This document shows, piece after piece, positions 9,630 through 19,748 of a stretch of DNA of 64,000 nucleotides (position 1 is the first letter of the stretch; each line of letters opens with the position of its first letter). The translations under genes were made by a program, and so were the position numbers. The stretch is from positions 1,920,001 through 1,984,000 of the forward strand of contig CAXXVL010000002.1 in NCBI GenBank assembly GCA_963667845.2, in the 5' to 3' direction. The notes under the pieces were generated by a model. It was not told the origin of the DNA. It saw only the letters and a program-made list of their open reading frames with translations, and made no database searches. The stretch is from Smithellaceae bacterium (lineage in GTDB: Bacteria; Desulfobacterota; Syntrophia; Syntrophales; Smithellaceae).

Positions 9630-12581
9630 CTATTTCAATTTAAAATCCACCCGGCTGCTTTTGACAGTGTCTTTTTTTGCGGCGCTTAAGGACTGCGCTT
9701 TGACGATAAAGATTCGGCCCGCCTCAAGCTTACCCGTCTCCAGCAATTGTTCGCGAACGATCTGGGCGCGTTTGTCTGCAAGCTGCGTCAGATCACTGTC
9801 TGATATGATGATATTGTCCAGAATCAGTTTTTCCATTTCCGCTACAGGCAGAGTCTTGGCGATGCCGATCATTGTGCGCGGTTTGGGAAAATCAGCCGCC
9901 TTATAGGCCAGCGTCAGATATTTTTCAAATTCATCCCGGGAAATGGTGATGTCCTCGACGGGAACAGGGGATTGGCCCTTATCGATCATTTCTTTGAGCT
10001 TTTGTGCTTTTAAGCGACGGCTGAACTCGGCCTTCTTCAGGGCTTCTTTATCCTCTGCCGGGTCAACATGGGCTTCAATCTCGAGTTTCAGGCTGGGCCG
10101 GTCGAACAGAGCTTTGGACAGAGCAGTGATCTTTTTTCGACCCGCTTCCGGGACGAGGGCGCTGCCGTAATCAAATTCAATGAAGCTCATTTCTTCTCCG
10201 CCGCCGGTCAAAGAAGACAAAAGTGAGAAAGGAGACGTGACGGCCTTCGTGATCAGATTGACCAGAACCTGCCAGATAATCGGCCAGATTTTAAATTTCG
10301 GGTCGTCGAGGCTTCCGGACAAGGGGATATCCAGATTGATCTGTCCGTTGCGGTCGGTCAAGAGAGATACAGCGAGTGTCACCGGCGCTTTGACGGCATC
10401 GGGGCTTTCCACTTTGTCGCCGAAGGTCAACTGGTCAAAGAACACTTTATTCTCGGCTGTGAGTTTTCTTTTGTCAATCAGGTAGGACACCTCAAAATTA
10501 AGTTTCCCTTTGGTGATGGGATAGCCCAGAAATCTGCTTGTGTAAGGGGTGACCGTGCTCATCTCAATGTCCTTGAAGCTGATTTTGATGTCGGCGAAAA
10601 GGTCTTTGCTAAGCGGGTTCACCGTGCCTGTGATATCGATGGGGGAACCGTACCCGAGGTTGCCTTTGAGGTCCACCTTGGCGCGGGTGATCTCCTGAGA
10701 GGACAGCCCCGTCACGCTTCCCTTGAGGTTCAGCATGGTGACCGCGTAATTCGGTTTGATGTTGCGGTCCGCAAAATCAATGGTGCCGCCCCGGAAACTC
10801 ACTTTGCCTATTTTGATGTCCGGCTGCATCTCGGCCGGCTTGGCGGTTTGGACCTTTTGTACAGGCTTTGTCTCCTCGTCAGGCTTTGTTTTGTCCGTTT
10901 CCTTTTTCGGCGCGCCGAAGATATCCTGGATATTGGTGGTGCCGCCGTCGTTAATGACGACTTTCGCAAAAAAATCATTGAGCGCAATTTCCCGGACATG
11001 GACGAAAAGCGGATTGTAGCCGACGGCGAGCGATTGGAAATTCAGGAGTTTCCATTTCAAAAAGTCGTTCGCGCGAGCCTTGTCGATCGTTGCCAGGTTG
11101 GCAACAGACAGATTGCCTTCGTATCGGACACGGGGATTGTCTTTGGTATCCATGACCAGAGAAAATTTCCCGGCGGTTGATATGGAACCGCCTGTAACAT
11201 CCATCTGAACCGACTGTGTAAAATAAGGTTGAAACGAACGAATGGTCAGGCTCTTTACATCCAGTGCCAGATTGGCGGCAAGCGGCATGATGCCGACTGA
11301 ACCTTTTGCGGTGATGTTGCTTTTTTTATCAATGACCAGAGCCAGATCGACGTCGGCTGTGTCTCCCTTCCGTAAGGATATTTTAGAAACGGCGAGCCGC
11401 AGGGGGTTGATCGAAATCTTTACGCCTTGGGCCGGCTGTTTGTCGATGAACGTGATGTCGGCCTTGTCGATCAGAAAGGAATCGACAAGCAGCTGGAGCT
11501 CTTTTTTCTTTTCGGCGGCTTTATCGGGCTTTGCCGCGACGGCCGGTGATTTCTGCGACGTCTTTTCGTCCCTGCCGGCCGGTCCGACAAGATTAAGCAG
11601 GTTGATTTTGCCTTCTTTGTCCCGGCGGATGACGAGCTTAGGGCCCTCGAGCGCAATCTGCGCCAGATGGACGCTGGGGATAAACGGTTCGACGGACGTG
11701 AGGTTGACCCGCAAAGCGGGAAGCCGCAGAATGGCGTTCCCCTGCAAATCGTCCACTGCAATTTTTGTGAGGGCGGCCTGGCCGCTGAGTTTTAACTCTG
11801 GTGATTTGTCCTCATGGACGATGAAGCTCAGTTGAATGTTTGCGCCGAGCCGTGCTTCCGCGAGTTTAAAATTCATCTTCACCGGAACGTACTGCAGATA
11901 GAAAGGAATATCGACATCCTTGAGGTCAATCATGAAATGGGTTGCCCGCGATGTCAGGAAAGGCTGGGTTTTCCCGGCGGCCGCGATGGCATGGCCATTG
12001 ACGACGGCGGAAAATTTCGGCTCGACATAATTCTTCAGGTAATAGGCAATATTGGAAACAAAAGGCACCGAAAGATTGAGATCCCGAATGGCATGGTCGG
12101 TCTTGTTGGGTTGATCATGGAAATCGACGCTGCCGTGCTCAATCTGGATGTTATTGAGTGAAAAAAGAAATGGTCCGGATTTTTCTTTTTTCTCTTCCTC
12201 TTTTGGAATCAGGTCGGAAAAATTATAGGACCCGTCCTCCCGGCGGGTGACGCCGATGTACGGCTTATCAAGACGTATGGCCGAAAGAACGAGAGCCCGT
12301 CTGAAAATTGACGTTATACCATCCACATTGACGTACAACTCGTCAAACGCAACAAAAGGGGTCTGTCGGCCCCGATCGGCGAGTTTAAACCCTCTGATGG
12401 TCACGGAAAGCGCAAAAGGATTGATCTTGATCTGAGCAATGGACGTTTCCCGGTGCAGGGCCTCGGAAGCTTTCCTGGCGAGAACGGGTTTAAGTACGGC
12501 GGGAAGAATAAAAAATCCCGCGACGGCGATAAAGACAATCAGAGCGACAACGGCGATCAATATCTTTTTTAATACTTTCAT
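9630..12581 (-). CDS. DUF748 (AsmA-like) protein with C-terminal OmpA-like region
   Basis: N-terminal anchor, INPFALSVTI, repeated beta-groove segments, LDIPLSGSLDDPKF and KAVTSPF, terminal RVDFKLK. Confidence 0.85.
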   Translation of the reverse strand: MKVLKKILIAVVALIVFIAVAGFFILPAVLKPVLARKASEALHRETSIAQIKINPFALSVTIRGFKLADRGRQTPFVAFDELYVNVDGITSIFRRALVLSAIRLDKPYIGVTRREDGSYNFSDLIPKEEEKKEKSGPFLFSLNNIQIEHGSVDFHDQPNKTDHAIRDLNLSVPFVSNIAYYLKNYVEPKFSAVVNGHAIAAAGKTQPFLTSRATHFMIDLKDVDIPFYLQYVPVKMNFKLAEARLGANIQLSFIVHEDKSPELKLSGQAALTKIAVDDLQGNAILRLPALRVNLTSVEPFIPSVHLAQIALEGPKLVIRRDKEGKINLLNLVGPAGRDEKTSQKSPAVAAKPDKAAEKKKELQLLVDSFLIDKADITFIDKQPAQGVKISINPLRLAVSKISLRKGDTADVDLALVIDKKSNITAKGSVGIMPLAANLALDVKSLTIRSFQPYFTQSVQMDVTGGSISTAGKFSLVMDTKDNPRVRYEGNLSVANLATIDKARANDFLKWKLLNFQSLAVGYNPLFVHVREIALNDFFAKVVINDGGTTNIQDIFGAPKKETDKTKPDEETKPVQKVQTAKPAEMQPDIKIGKVSFRGGTIDFADRNIKPNYAVTMLNLKGSVTGLSSQEITRAKVDLKGNLGYGSPIDITGTVNPLSKDLFADIKISFKDIEMSTVTPYTSRFLGYPITKGKLNFEVSYLIDKRKLTAENKVFFDQLTFGDKVESPDAVKAPVTLAVSLLTDRNGQINLDIPLSGSLDDPKFKIWPIIWQVLVNLITKAVTSPFSLLSSLTGGGEEMSFIEFDYGSALVPEAGRKKITALSKALFDRPSLKLEIEAHVDPAEDKEALKKAEFSRRLKAQKLKEMIDKGQSPVPVEDITISRDEFEKYLTLAYKAADFPKPRTMIGIAKTLPVAEMEKLILDNIIISDSDLTQLADKRAQIVREQLLETGKLEAGRIFIVKAQSLSAAKKDTVKSSRVDFKLK

Positions 12582-12851
12582 CGCAAAAGCTCCTTTATAA
12601 ATCCTGAGGGGAGATCGATTGAGGAAGATATCTTTTTTCTTTTCGGTTTGCTGCCTCGTGCGGACGGCCCGTTGGAAATCAATTTTTGCGTAAGACCGTC
12701 ATGGTGAAGCATCTTTTAAGCAGGGCGGTTTTGTCCGAAAATGGGCCTGACAGCATAATCGAAAAGAAGGTTTCCGACTCTCCCGTGACGGCAGATCCCC
12801 TGGACCCGATCGTCGTTAAAGGTTTCCCCTTTTATGACGTTGTCGCTGCAT

Positions 12852-12901
12852 CGCTGAAATGAATTCTGCGTTTCATTGTGAAATGCTATTTCATTTCAGC
12901 G
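12852..12901. promoter_or_regulatory. 50-bp nested palindrome of TGAAAT/ATTTCA units in a divergent intergenic region
   Basis: CGCTGAAATGAA...TTCATTTCAGCG 12-bp perfect IR enclosing GCGTTTCA-TTG-TGAAATGC. Confidence 0.5.
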
Positions 12902-13196
12902 GACTCCCTATATTGACAGTCTTTTGTTTGTCGAATACAAAAAAGCACAATTATGTACTATGGCATTAATGAAAGGCGGCCGGGCTTGTTTGTCAACCTC
13001 AGTCATCAGGAATTGCCCGTCGAATGCCCTGGTCCAATAACATCAAAGTCTATTGATTTTAATAGTTCATTTTAGGCGGAGAATCAATCAAAAATGCATG
13101 GATCGGGCGGCCCCAATCGTGCGTGCCGGGTTGATTTTAGGGAGAAACAAAACCGTTCACCGGGTTAACAGTCCATTTTAGCGAGGCAGGGTTGAT

Positions 13197-14525
13197 ATGA
13201 TCGAGGAGATAGGCGCACGGACAGAAAAAATAAAGAGATCATCGTATGACGGCGTCCAGATTCCGGACGAGCGCATAATGCGCATAGCCGATAATAAGGA
13301 ATGTTATCCCGGCGAAGCGGGGGCAACGGGCGACAGCGTATGGAAAAGCGGCGATGCCTTTAAATGCCTGGTCGACAATGCGCCCGAAGCCTTTTGGCAG
13401 ATGGATAATAATTTAACCGTTACTTTTACCAACACTGCCTGTGAAAAATTATACGGCGGATTTGATAAAGAGGATCTTGTCGGCCGTTCTGTGCTGGATT
13501 TTCTGACTCCGGAGGGCATTGATCATTTAGGGAAGATCAATGGATTGCGGATTAAGGAAGAGGGGCGGGGGATCAAGACCGATCTTGTTTTTTACGAGCT
13601 GCAAATGAGACGAAAAGACGGATCCTATTTCTGGGCGGGCATCAGTTCGACGCCGCTTCGGGATACCCGGGGGCAGGTGATCGGCTATCAGGGCATCATG
13701 CGCGACATCAGCGCCTTTAAACAATATGAGGCGGATCGAAACGGACTTGAGGATGTATTGAAACAAGCGGAGAAGATGAAGGCTGTAGGGAATTTGACCG
13801 GCCGCATCATTCATGAACTGAATAATATTATGACAGGCATTCTCGGTTATTCGCAGCTTCTCCTCATGCAGCCTGAATCGGACCGCAATGATTTTCACAG
13901 ACACGTTGAGAATATCCTCCGGACCGGAGAGCGTGCTACGGCCATTATCCAGGATCTTCTGGCAATATCAAGAAAAGACGTCTTGAATCGCACCTCCGTC
14001 AATCTGAATGAATTGATCCCCGGTTGTCTGAAGATGAACGAATTAAAAAAGTTATCCGAGCGGTATCCCGGAATAACCCTTCATCTGGATCTGGAGCCAT
14101 CGCTTTATGCCGTGAATGGTTCGCGGCAGCAACTGGATAAAGCCATCGGCAACCTGCTGTTCATCGCTCACGAAAAAGCCGGTGCGGGAGGAACCGTTAC
14201 GATCTCCACAAGAACCGTCTATCTCGGACGCCCGATTACCGGTTATGAAGACCTTCGCGAGGGGGAATATGTAGCCTTATCGGTAACCGATACCGGTGCC
14301 GGCTTTGCCGACGAAGATGCCGACCTCATCTTTGAACCGTTCTATATCAAAAAATTCATGAACAAAGGCGTTACGGGTCTGGAATTGACCGTTGTCCGGG
14401 AAGTGGTCAGGGATCATGACGGATTTGTCGATATCGCGGGCAGAATCGGCAGCGGCGCGACCTTTATGGTTTATCTGCCCGTTGCCCATGCCGGTATGCA
14501 GAGTAATCACGGCATGGCGTCGTAA
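13197..14525 (+). CDS. PAS-domain histidine kinase (orphan; ATPase boxes atypical)
   Basis: PAS/PAC (RRKDGSYFW), H-box IIHELNN, G1 DTGAG; N and G2 boxes diverged. Confidence 0.8.
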   Translation: MIEEIGARTEKIKRSSYDGVQIPDERIMRIADNKECYPGEAGATGDSVWKSGDAFKCLVDNAPEAFWQMDNNLTVTFTNTACEKLYGGFDKEDLVGRSVLDFLTPEGIDHLGKINGLRIKEEGRGIKTDLVFYELQMRRKDGSYFWAGISSTPLRDTRGQVIGYQGIMRDISAFKQYEADRNGLEDVLKQAEKMKAVGNLTGRIIHELNNIMTGILGYSQLLLMQPESDRNDFHRHVENILRTGERATAIIQDLLAISRKDVLNRTSVNLNELIPGCLKMNELKKLSERYPGITLHLDLEPSLYAVNGSRQQLDKAIGNLLFIAHEKAGAGGTVTISTRTVYLGRPITGYEDLREGEYVALSVTDTGAGFADEDADLIFEPFYIKKFMNKGVTGLELTVVREVVRDHDGFVDIAGRIGSGATFMVYLPVAHAGMQSNHGMAS

Positions 14526-14653
14526 ATAAGATCTTCAGACGAATGCATTTCGATCAATTGACAATGTCCGAATCGTGGACATAATCAACAAAGGGCTTGA
14601 GGAAGTATCAAGATAGTTCCTTCCTTCCTTCTATCTTGGCGGGGCGGCCCGTT

Positions 14654-16789
14654 TCATACTTCCTGAGCCCTTATTTTTTGTTTTAATTTCTCTTTTTTCT
14701 TCCCTGAGAAAAAGACACGCGCATCTACAAGACTTAAACCCTCATCCTGAGGATGGACAATAACGGGATTGAGGTCAATTTCAGTAATCTCCGGGCAGGC
14801 GGCAAGCAGCGCCGACACCCGGCAGATGACGCCTGTCAACGCCTGGATATCGGCCGGCGCTCTGCCCCGTGCGCCGGTAAGCAACGGATAGACTTTCAAT
14901 TCACGAAGCATCTGGGCGGCTTCGTTTTGCGTCACGGGCGCGAGGCGGATGGCCTTATCTTTAAAGATTTCAATGAAGATTCCGCCCATGCCGGCCATGA
15001 TGATCGGACCGAAGGCGGGATCACGCCGTCCTCCGACAAAGCATTCCATGCCTGCGGGCGCCATTTCCTGAATCAGATATCCGTCGATGGCCGGTTGGTT
15101 TTTGAGGGCTTTGATCTTCTTTTTCATCGCGGTCACGGCATCGGACAGCTGCCTCCTGTTGAGGATGTTGACGGCCACGCCGCCCACGTCGGATTTGTGC
15201 GAAGCATCTCGCGAAATAAGTTTTACGGCCAGCGGATAGTGCAGGGGAATTTTCGCAGGCAAGACGGCGTCACGAATAATAATATCCCGGACCGGCTTAA
15301 GGCCGGCAGCCGCGCAAATCGTCAGAGCCTCATCCGTAAGGGGAATGCGTTTTTCCCGAAGGCAGCGATCCAGGATCATGCCGATGGTCCCGAGATCGAG
15401 CGGATAGTCCTCCAGGCTTCCGCGGTTGTCGCGCGCCTTCTTGCGTTCGAAATAAGTCCGGGAAACATGGAGCGCAGTGGCCGCTTCCAGCGGAGAAGAA
15501 AACACAGGAAAGGTCTGACTTTGCTGAACTTTCAGAATTTCCTCCCGATCGGAAATCATCGACAGGCAAACCGGTTTTTGATATTTCGCGACCAGTTTTT
15601 CGACACCGGCCAGGAATGTCCGCGACATCTCTCCTTCAAAATCGGACGAATACAGGTGGTTGAACAGGATGCCGTCGTAATGGCTGAGCTTCAGCGCCTC
15701 TTCCAGGATATTCGTAAAAATGGTGTAATCAAAAATTTCGCCCAGGTCCAGCGGGTTCTGATGCGCGATGACGCGCGTGTTGTAAATGGTCTTGAGCTTT
15801 TCAATGAATGCCGGCGGGAAAGGGACCATTTCAAAACCGTATTTTCCGCAGGCGTCGGCCGTCAGCACCGCGTGACCGCCGGAGCGCGACAGCACCGCCA
15901 CGCGATTGCCTTTCATCAGGGGCATACGGACGACCTTGATGGCGTTGATCATTTCCATCTCGTCATCCACGCGGATCGCGGCTGCTTGAAGAAGCGCGCC
16001 GTCCACCACAGAATCGTCACTGGAAAGAGCCGTTGTGTGAGACTGTGCGATTTTCGCGCTGACCGGCGAGCGGTTTGATTTCTGAATGACAATCGGCTTA
16101 TCGCAGGCGCGGGCCAGATCGAAAAATGCCCGGCCTCTTTTGAACCCCTCCAGATACAGGGCGATGATGTCCATCCGGGGATCCCGGATGAAATAATCCA
16201 GAAAGTCGGCTTCATCGAGCTGGAGTTTGTTGCCGGTGGCCGCGAACTTGCCGGGTTTGATACCGTAGCCCTGCACGGCGCGCATATAGGAGCCGCCCAC
16301 TCCGCCGCTCTGCGCAATCAGGGCCAGACGGCCACCCGTGGGGATGTCTTTGAAGAACGCAAAAGGCATCATCATTTTCAAATCGAAATTAACGGTGCCC
16401 ACGCAGTTGGGGCCGATGACTTTCATGCCGCACTTTTCCGCCACCGCCAGTATGTCTTCCTCCAGCGTGAAGTCACCGTGCGAATACTCGCTGAAGCCGC
16501 CGGACTCGATCACGATATGGGTAATGCCCTTTTTGCCGCATTCATCCATCAGGCCGGGAACGGTTTTGGCGGGTGTCAGAAAGATAGCCACATCCGGAAC
16601 CTCCGGAAGATCGAAGACACTCGTGTAAATGTGGACGCCGCCCACATCGCCTTCCTGGGAACCGACGCCATACAGATGCCCCTCATAGCCGACTTGCTTG
16701 TTATTGAGTAAAACGATTTGTCCCAGATTCATTTTAGTGGCGGATGCGCCGAAGACAACAATACTGCGCGGGCTGAAGAATTTTTCCAT
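14654..16789 (-). CDS. ADP-forming acetate/acyl-CoA ligase, fused alpha-beta (ATP-grasp)
   Basis: PRSIVVFGAS, IGPNCVG, AQSGG, catalytic His in AQSHT, HKSDVGGV, EIDLNPV; start set at ATG 16789. Confidence 0.92.
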   Translation of the reverse strand: MEKFFSPRSIVVFGASATKMNLGQIVLLNNKQVGYEGHLYGVGSQEGDVGGVHIYTSVFDLPEVPDVAIFLTPAKTVPGLMDECGKKGITHIVIESGGFSEYSHGDFTLEEDILAVAEKCGMKVIGPNCVGTVNFDLKMMMPFAFFKDIPTGGRLALIAQSGGVGGSYMRAVQGYGIKPGKFAATGNKLQLDEADFLDYFIRDPRMDIIALYLEGFKRGRAFFDLARACDKPIVIQKSNRSPVSAKIAQSHTTALSSDDSVVDGALLQAAAIRVDDEMEMINAIKVVRMPLMKGNRVAVLSRSGGHAVLTADACGKYGFEMVPFPPAFIEKLKTIYNTRVIAHQNPLDLGEIFDYTIFTNILEEALKLSHYDGILFNHLYSSDFEGEMSRTFLAGVEKLVAKYQKPVCLSMISDREEILKVQQSQTFPVFSSPLEAATALHVSRTYFERKKARDNRGSLEDYPLDLGTIGMILDRCLREKRIPLTDEALTICAAAGLKPVRDIIIRDAVLPAKIPLHYPLAVKLISRDASHKSDVGGVAVNILNRRQLSDAVTAMKKKIKALKNQPAIDGYLIQEMAPAGMECFVGGRRDPAFGPIIMAGMGGIFIEIFKDKAIRLAPVTQNEAAQMLRELKVYPLLTGARGRAPADIQALTGVICRVSALLAACPEITEIDLNPVIVHPQDEGLSLVDARVFFSGKKKEKLKQKIRAQEV

Positions 16790-17407
16790 CGGGTTGCTCC
16801 TTTCGTTCGGCAAGCAAACAACGCCGCAGAGCCTCGGATCTTTTCCGGCTGCCGGACGTTGAGGTTTATAAGATAACAGGTCCGGGTGTGTCAAGCTGTA
16901 ATCATTTAATGGAATATAATCAAATATTTCATGATGTTAAAGTTTGACGGGGATTGCGTTTTGCTGCTTTTTTTGCCCACTAACGATGAAATTTGTTAAC
17001 CACGATCACTTTCACAAACACTGTTTACGCTCTGCCGGCTGCAAAACCTGCGGCCACCTGGCATGAAATAAATGTTTTGCTGACAGCTTCATCCAGAGGC
17101 GAGAGTTTTCCCGAGCATTTTATTCAAAAAGATTGCCCGAAAATTTGCGGCGCAAGATCAGCCCGCGTCGTTTTTTTAAACGCCGCAAGAATTGCACCTC
17201 CGGCCGCCGCCAAGAAGAAACTCGGACAATGTCTGGCGCGCCGCGGAAAAAAAATATAAAAAATTCTCCCGGTCCCCGGCTCCTGTTCCATTGCCGGCAG
17301 ATCATCGCGATGTCTTTTCTTCGTTAAAAGAAACGTTTGACTTCTCGGGTAAAGCCAATATAATTCTTTCAAACGTTACGATTCGAATCGATCTTTCATC
17401 AACGTCG

Positions 17408-17465
17408 AATCCCGCTTACGCAGGACGAGCGTTAATTCTCCGCAGCTTGCTGCGAGGTGCTTGAT
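17408..17465 (+). repeat. 58-bp dispersed two-hairpin repeat, copy A
   Basis: AATCCCGCTTACGCAGGACGAGCGTTAATTCTCCGCAGCTTGCTGCGAGGTGCTTGAT; aligns with copies at 21153-21210 (-) and 22598-22654 (+). Confidence 0.85.
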
Positions 17466-17525
17466 CCCAGATTTGGCAGGCCCGGCAACTCATGTTCATT
17501 CTCAGCGTCACGCAAAGGTGGAATC

Positions 17526-19748
17526 ATGAAAGGCAGGCAGCAATCGGATAATGATCTGGCTTCGAAAATTCAGGAATTGCGCCGCGAGCTCAAAGAGCTC
17601 AGGCAGTCGGAAATCAAAAGAAAACGAGCGGAGGGCGAACTCAAGGAAAGCGAACAGCGCCTGAAAAGCGTCATCGGCGGTTCGCCCATCCCCGCGTTTG
17701 TCATCGGCAAGAATCATCGCATCCTCTACTGGAATAAAGCGCTCGAAGAACTGACCCGGATAAAGGCGGAAGATGTCATCGGGACATCCCAGCAATGGCG
17801 CGCCTTTTACAGCAAGAAGCGCCCGTGCATGGCGGATCTGCTGGTGAGCCGCGAGCAGGCCAATCTTTCCAAGTGGTACACCGGCAAGTATACGAAGTCC
17901 AAACTGCTGGACGAGGCCTACGAAGCGATCGATTTCTTCCCCGAGCTGGGCCATCAGGGCAAGTGGCTGCGGTTTACGGCGGCAATCATCCGCAATGCGG
18001 CCGGTGAGCTGATCGGCGCCATCGAAACACTGGAAGACATCACGCGGCGCAAGAAGGCAAAAGAGGCGCTGCTTGCGGCGCACGAAGAACTGGAGGAACG
18101 CGTCAAATCGAGAACGGCGGAGCTGGCGCAGGCCAACGAAGCGCTGCTCAATGAACTGCTCGAACGTCGCCGGACTCAGAAAGCCCTCAAGCAGACCACC
18201 GACCACCTCTCCCTGCTTCTGGAATCGCTGCCGATTATTTCTTACACGCGGAAGGCCGATGATGATTTCGGCATCACCTTTGTGAGCAGCACCATCGAGG
18301 AGATCACCGGCTATCCGGCGCAGTCCTTCATCGAAGATGATCATTTCTGGACGGACCATATTCATCCTGACGACCGGACACGCATTATCGAGGAGCTGCA
18401 ATCCCTGCAGATGAAAGGGACGCACCGCTATAGCTATCGGTTCCGGGTCATGGATGATTCCTACCGCTGGTTTTCGGACTACTGGCGGGTCGTCCAGCAT
18501 CCCGCGGGTGGAGCGAGTTACATTGTCGGAGCCTGGCAGGATGTCACCGAGGATAAGAGAATTCGCCAAGAGGGGGAATTACGGCTCCAGCAGATGATTC
18601 AGACGCATAAGCTCACCGCGCTGGGCGAGGTCGTGGCCGGCGTCGCGCATGAGATCAACAATCCGGTCAGTTTTATCGCCTACAATGTGCCGGTTCTGGA
18701 AGAAATCTGGAACACGGTGGAGACGATTTTGTCCCGATCGAGCGCCCATCACCCCGACTGGGAAAAGCGGGGGCTGTCCTACGAAGAAGTCTGCACCAGC
18801 ATGCAGGAGATCATCCAGGCGTTCAAAATCGGCGCCAATCGCATCAGCCGGGTCATCACCAGCCTGAAGGAATTTTCGCGCTCCGATGAAACCGCGCAGA
18901 AGAAACTGATTTCCGTGCCGGACGTGATTGCCGGTGCGCTGGTTATTGTCGGCGCGCAGGTCAGGAGGACCGTATCCCGGATTAATCAGGAGATTGCCGA
19001 AAAAGTTCCGCTCCTCCCCGGGCATTTTCAAAAAATCGAACAAGTCGTCGCCAATCTGCTCATTAATGCTCATCAGGCGATTGAGCCGGGGCAAAAGGGG
19101 CTCATCACCATCCGCTGCCGCTATATCGAACGCCTGAGGGCGGTGGTCGTGGATATCGAAGACAACGGGAAAGGAATTGAACGTAAAAATATGGATCATA
19201 TTTTCGATCCTTTTTTTACGACGCGGCGGGAACTCGACGGCACGGGGCTGGGGCTTTCCATTTCCTACGGACTGATCAAAGAGCACCATGGCCTCATCAG
19301 TGTTCTGTCCCGTCCCGGCAAAGGCAGCCGGTTTTCGATTTACCTTCCTGTGGACGGTGAGACGAATCTTAATCTGTATCCCGCCCTCCTGTGCATCGAT
19401 CACAATGTGAAGTACCTCAAGGAATTGAAGGCCAACTTCGTGGATGCGGTGATCTGGCGGTCGGAGCCCCAGGACACGCCTGCGGATATCCTCAATTTTC
19501 TCGCAGAAAATCCGGAAGTGGATATGATCGTTTCCGAAGTCCGGCTAAAGGGATTTGACGGATGGGATCTCGTGGAGCAGATCAAGACAAAATATCCGCT
19601 GCTGCCGGTAATTCTTTATTCGGCCGACCGCCGGGCGCTCCAGCCGCCATCCCGGATCAAGCTCGGGCCGGACTTTGTGCTCGCCAAACCGTTTCCTATT
19701 TTCGAGCTCCAGAAAGTCATCCACGAACTCGGGAGACAACATTTATGA
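17526..19748 (+). CDS. Hybrid PAS-PAS histidine kinase with C-terminal receiver-like domain
   Basis: Two PAS domains, H-box AHEINNP, NLLINA, DNGKG, FDPFFTT, GTGLGL; start set at ATG 17526. Confidence 0.92.
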   Translation: MKGRQQSDNDLASKIQELRRELKELRQSEIKRKRAEGELKESEQRLKSVIGGSPIPAFVIGKNHRILYWNKALEELTRIKAEDVIGTSQQWRAFYSKKRPCMADLLVSREQANLSKWYTGKYTKSKLLDEAYEAIDFFPELGHQGKWLRFTAAIIRNAAGELIGAIETLEDITRRKKAKEALLAAHEELEERVKSRTAELAQANEALLNELLERRRTQKALKQTTDHLSLLLESLPIISYTRKADDDFGITFVSSTIEEITGYPAQSFIEDDHFWTDHIHPDDRTRIIEELQSLQMKGTHRYSYRFRVMDDSYRWFSDYWRVVQHPAGGASYIVGAWQDVTEDKRIRQEGELRLQQMIQTHKLTALGEVVAGVAHEINNPVSFIAYNVPVLEEIWNTVETILSRSSAHHPDWEKRGLSYEEVCTSMQEIIQAFKIGANRISRVITSLKEFSRSDETAQKKLISVPDVIAGALVIVGAQVRRTVSRINQEIAEKVPLLPGHFQKIEQVVANLLINAHQAIEPGQKGLITIRCRYIERLRAVVVDIEDNGKGIERKNMDHIFDPFFTTRRELDGTGLGLSISYGLIKEHHGLISVLSRPGKGSRFSIYLPVDGETNLNLYPALLCIDHNVKYLKELKANFVDAVIWRSEPQDTPADILNFLAENPEVDMIVSEVRLKGFDGWDLVEQIKTKYPLLPVILYSADRRALQPPSRIKLGPDFVLAKPFPIFELQKVIHELGRQHL

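Noticed and set aside
12760..12850. Possible 6S RNA or c-di-GMP riboswitch (AAGGTTTCC occurs twice)
   Set aside because: Could not build the long 6S rod or find the GEMM GCAAA/tetraloop-receptor pattern by eye; needs Infernal
14753..16078. 441-aa + strand ORF
   Set aside because: Antisense shadow of the acyl-CoA ligase with no recognisable motifs
17192..17464. Two short ORFs (also 21154-21486) sharing the peptide NPAxAGRALILR
   Set aside because: The similarity comes from translating the 58-bp DNA repeat, not from a protein family
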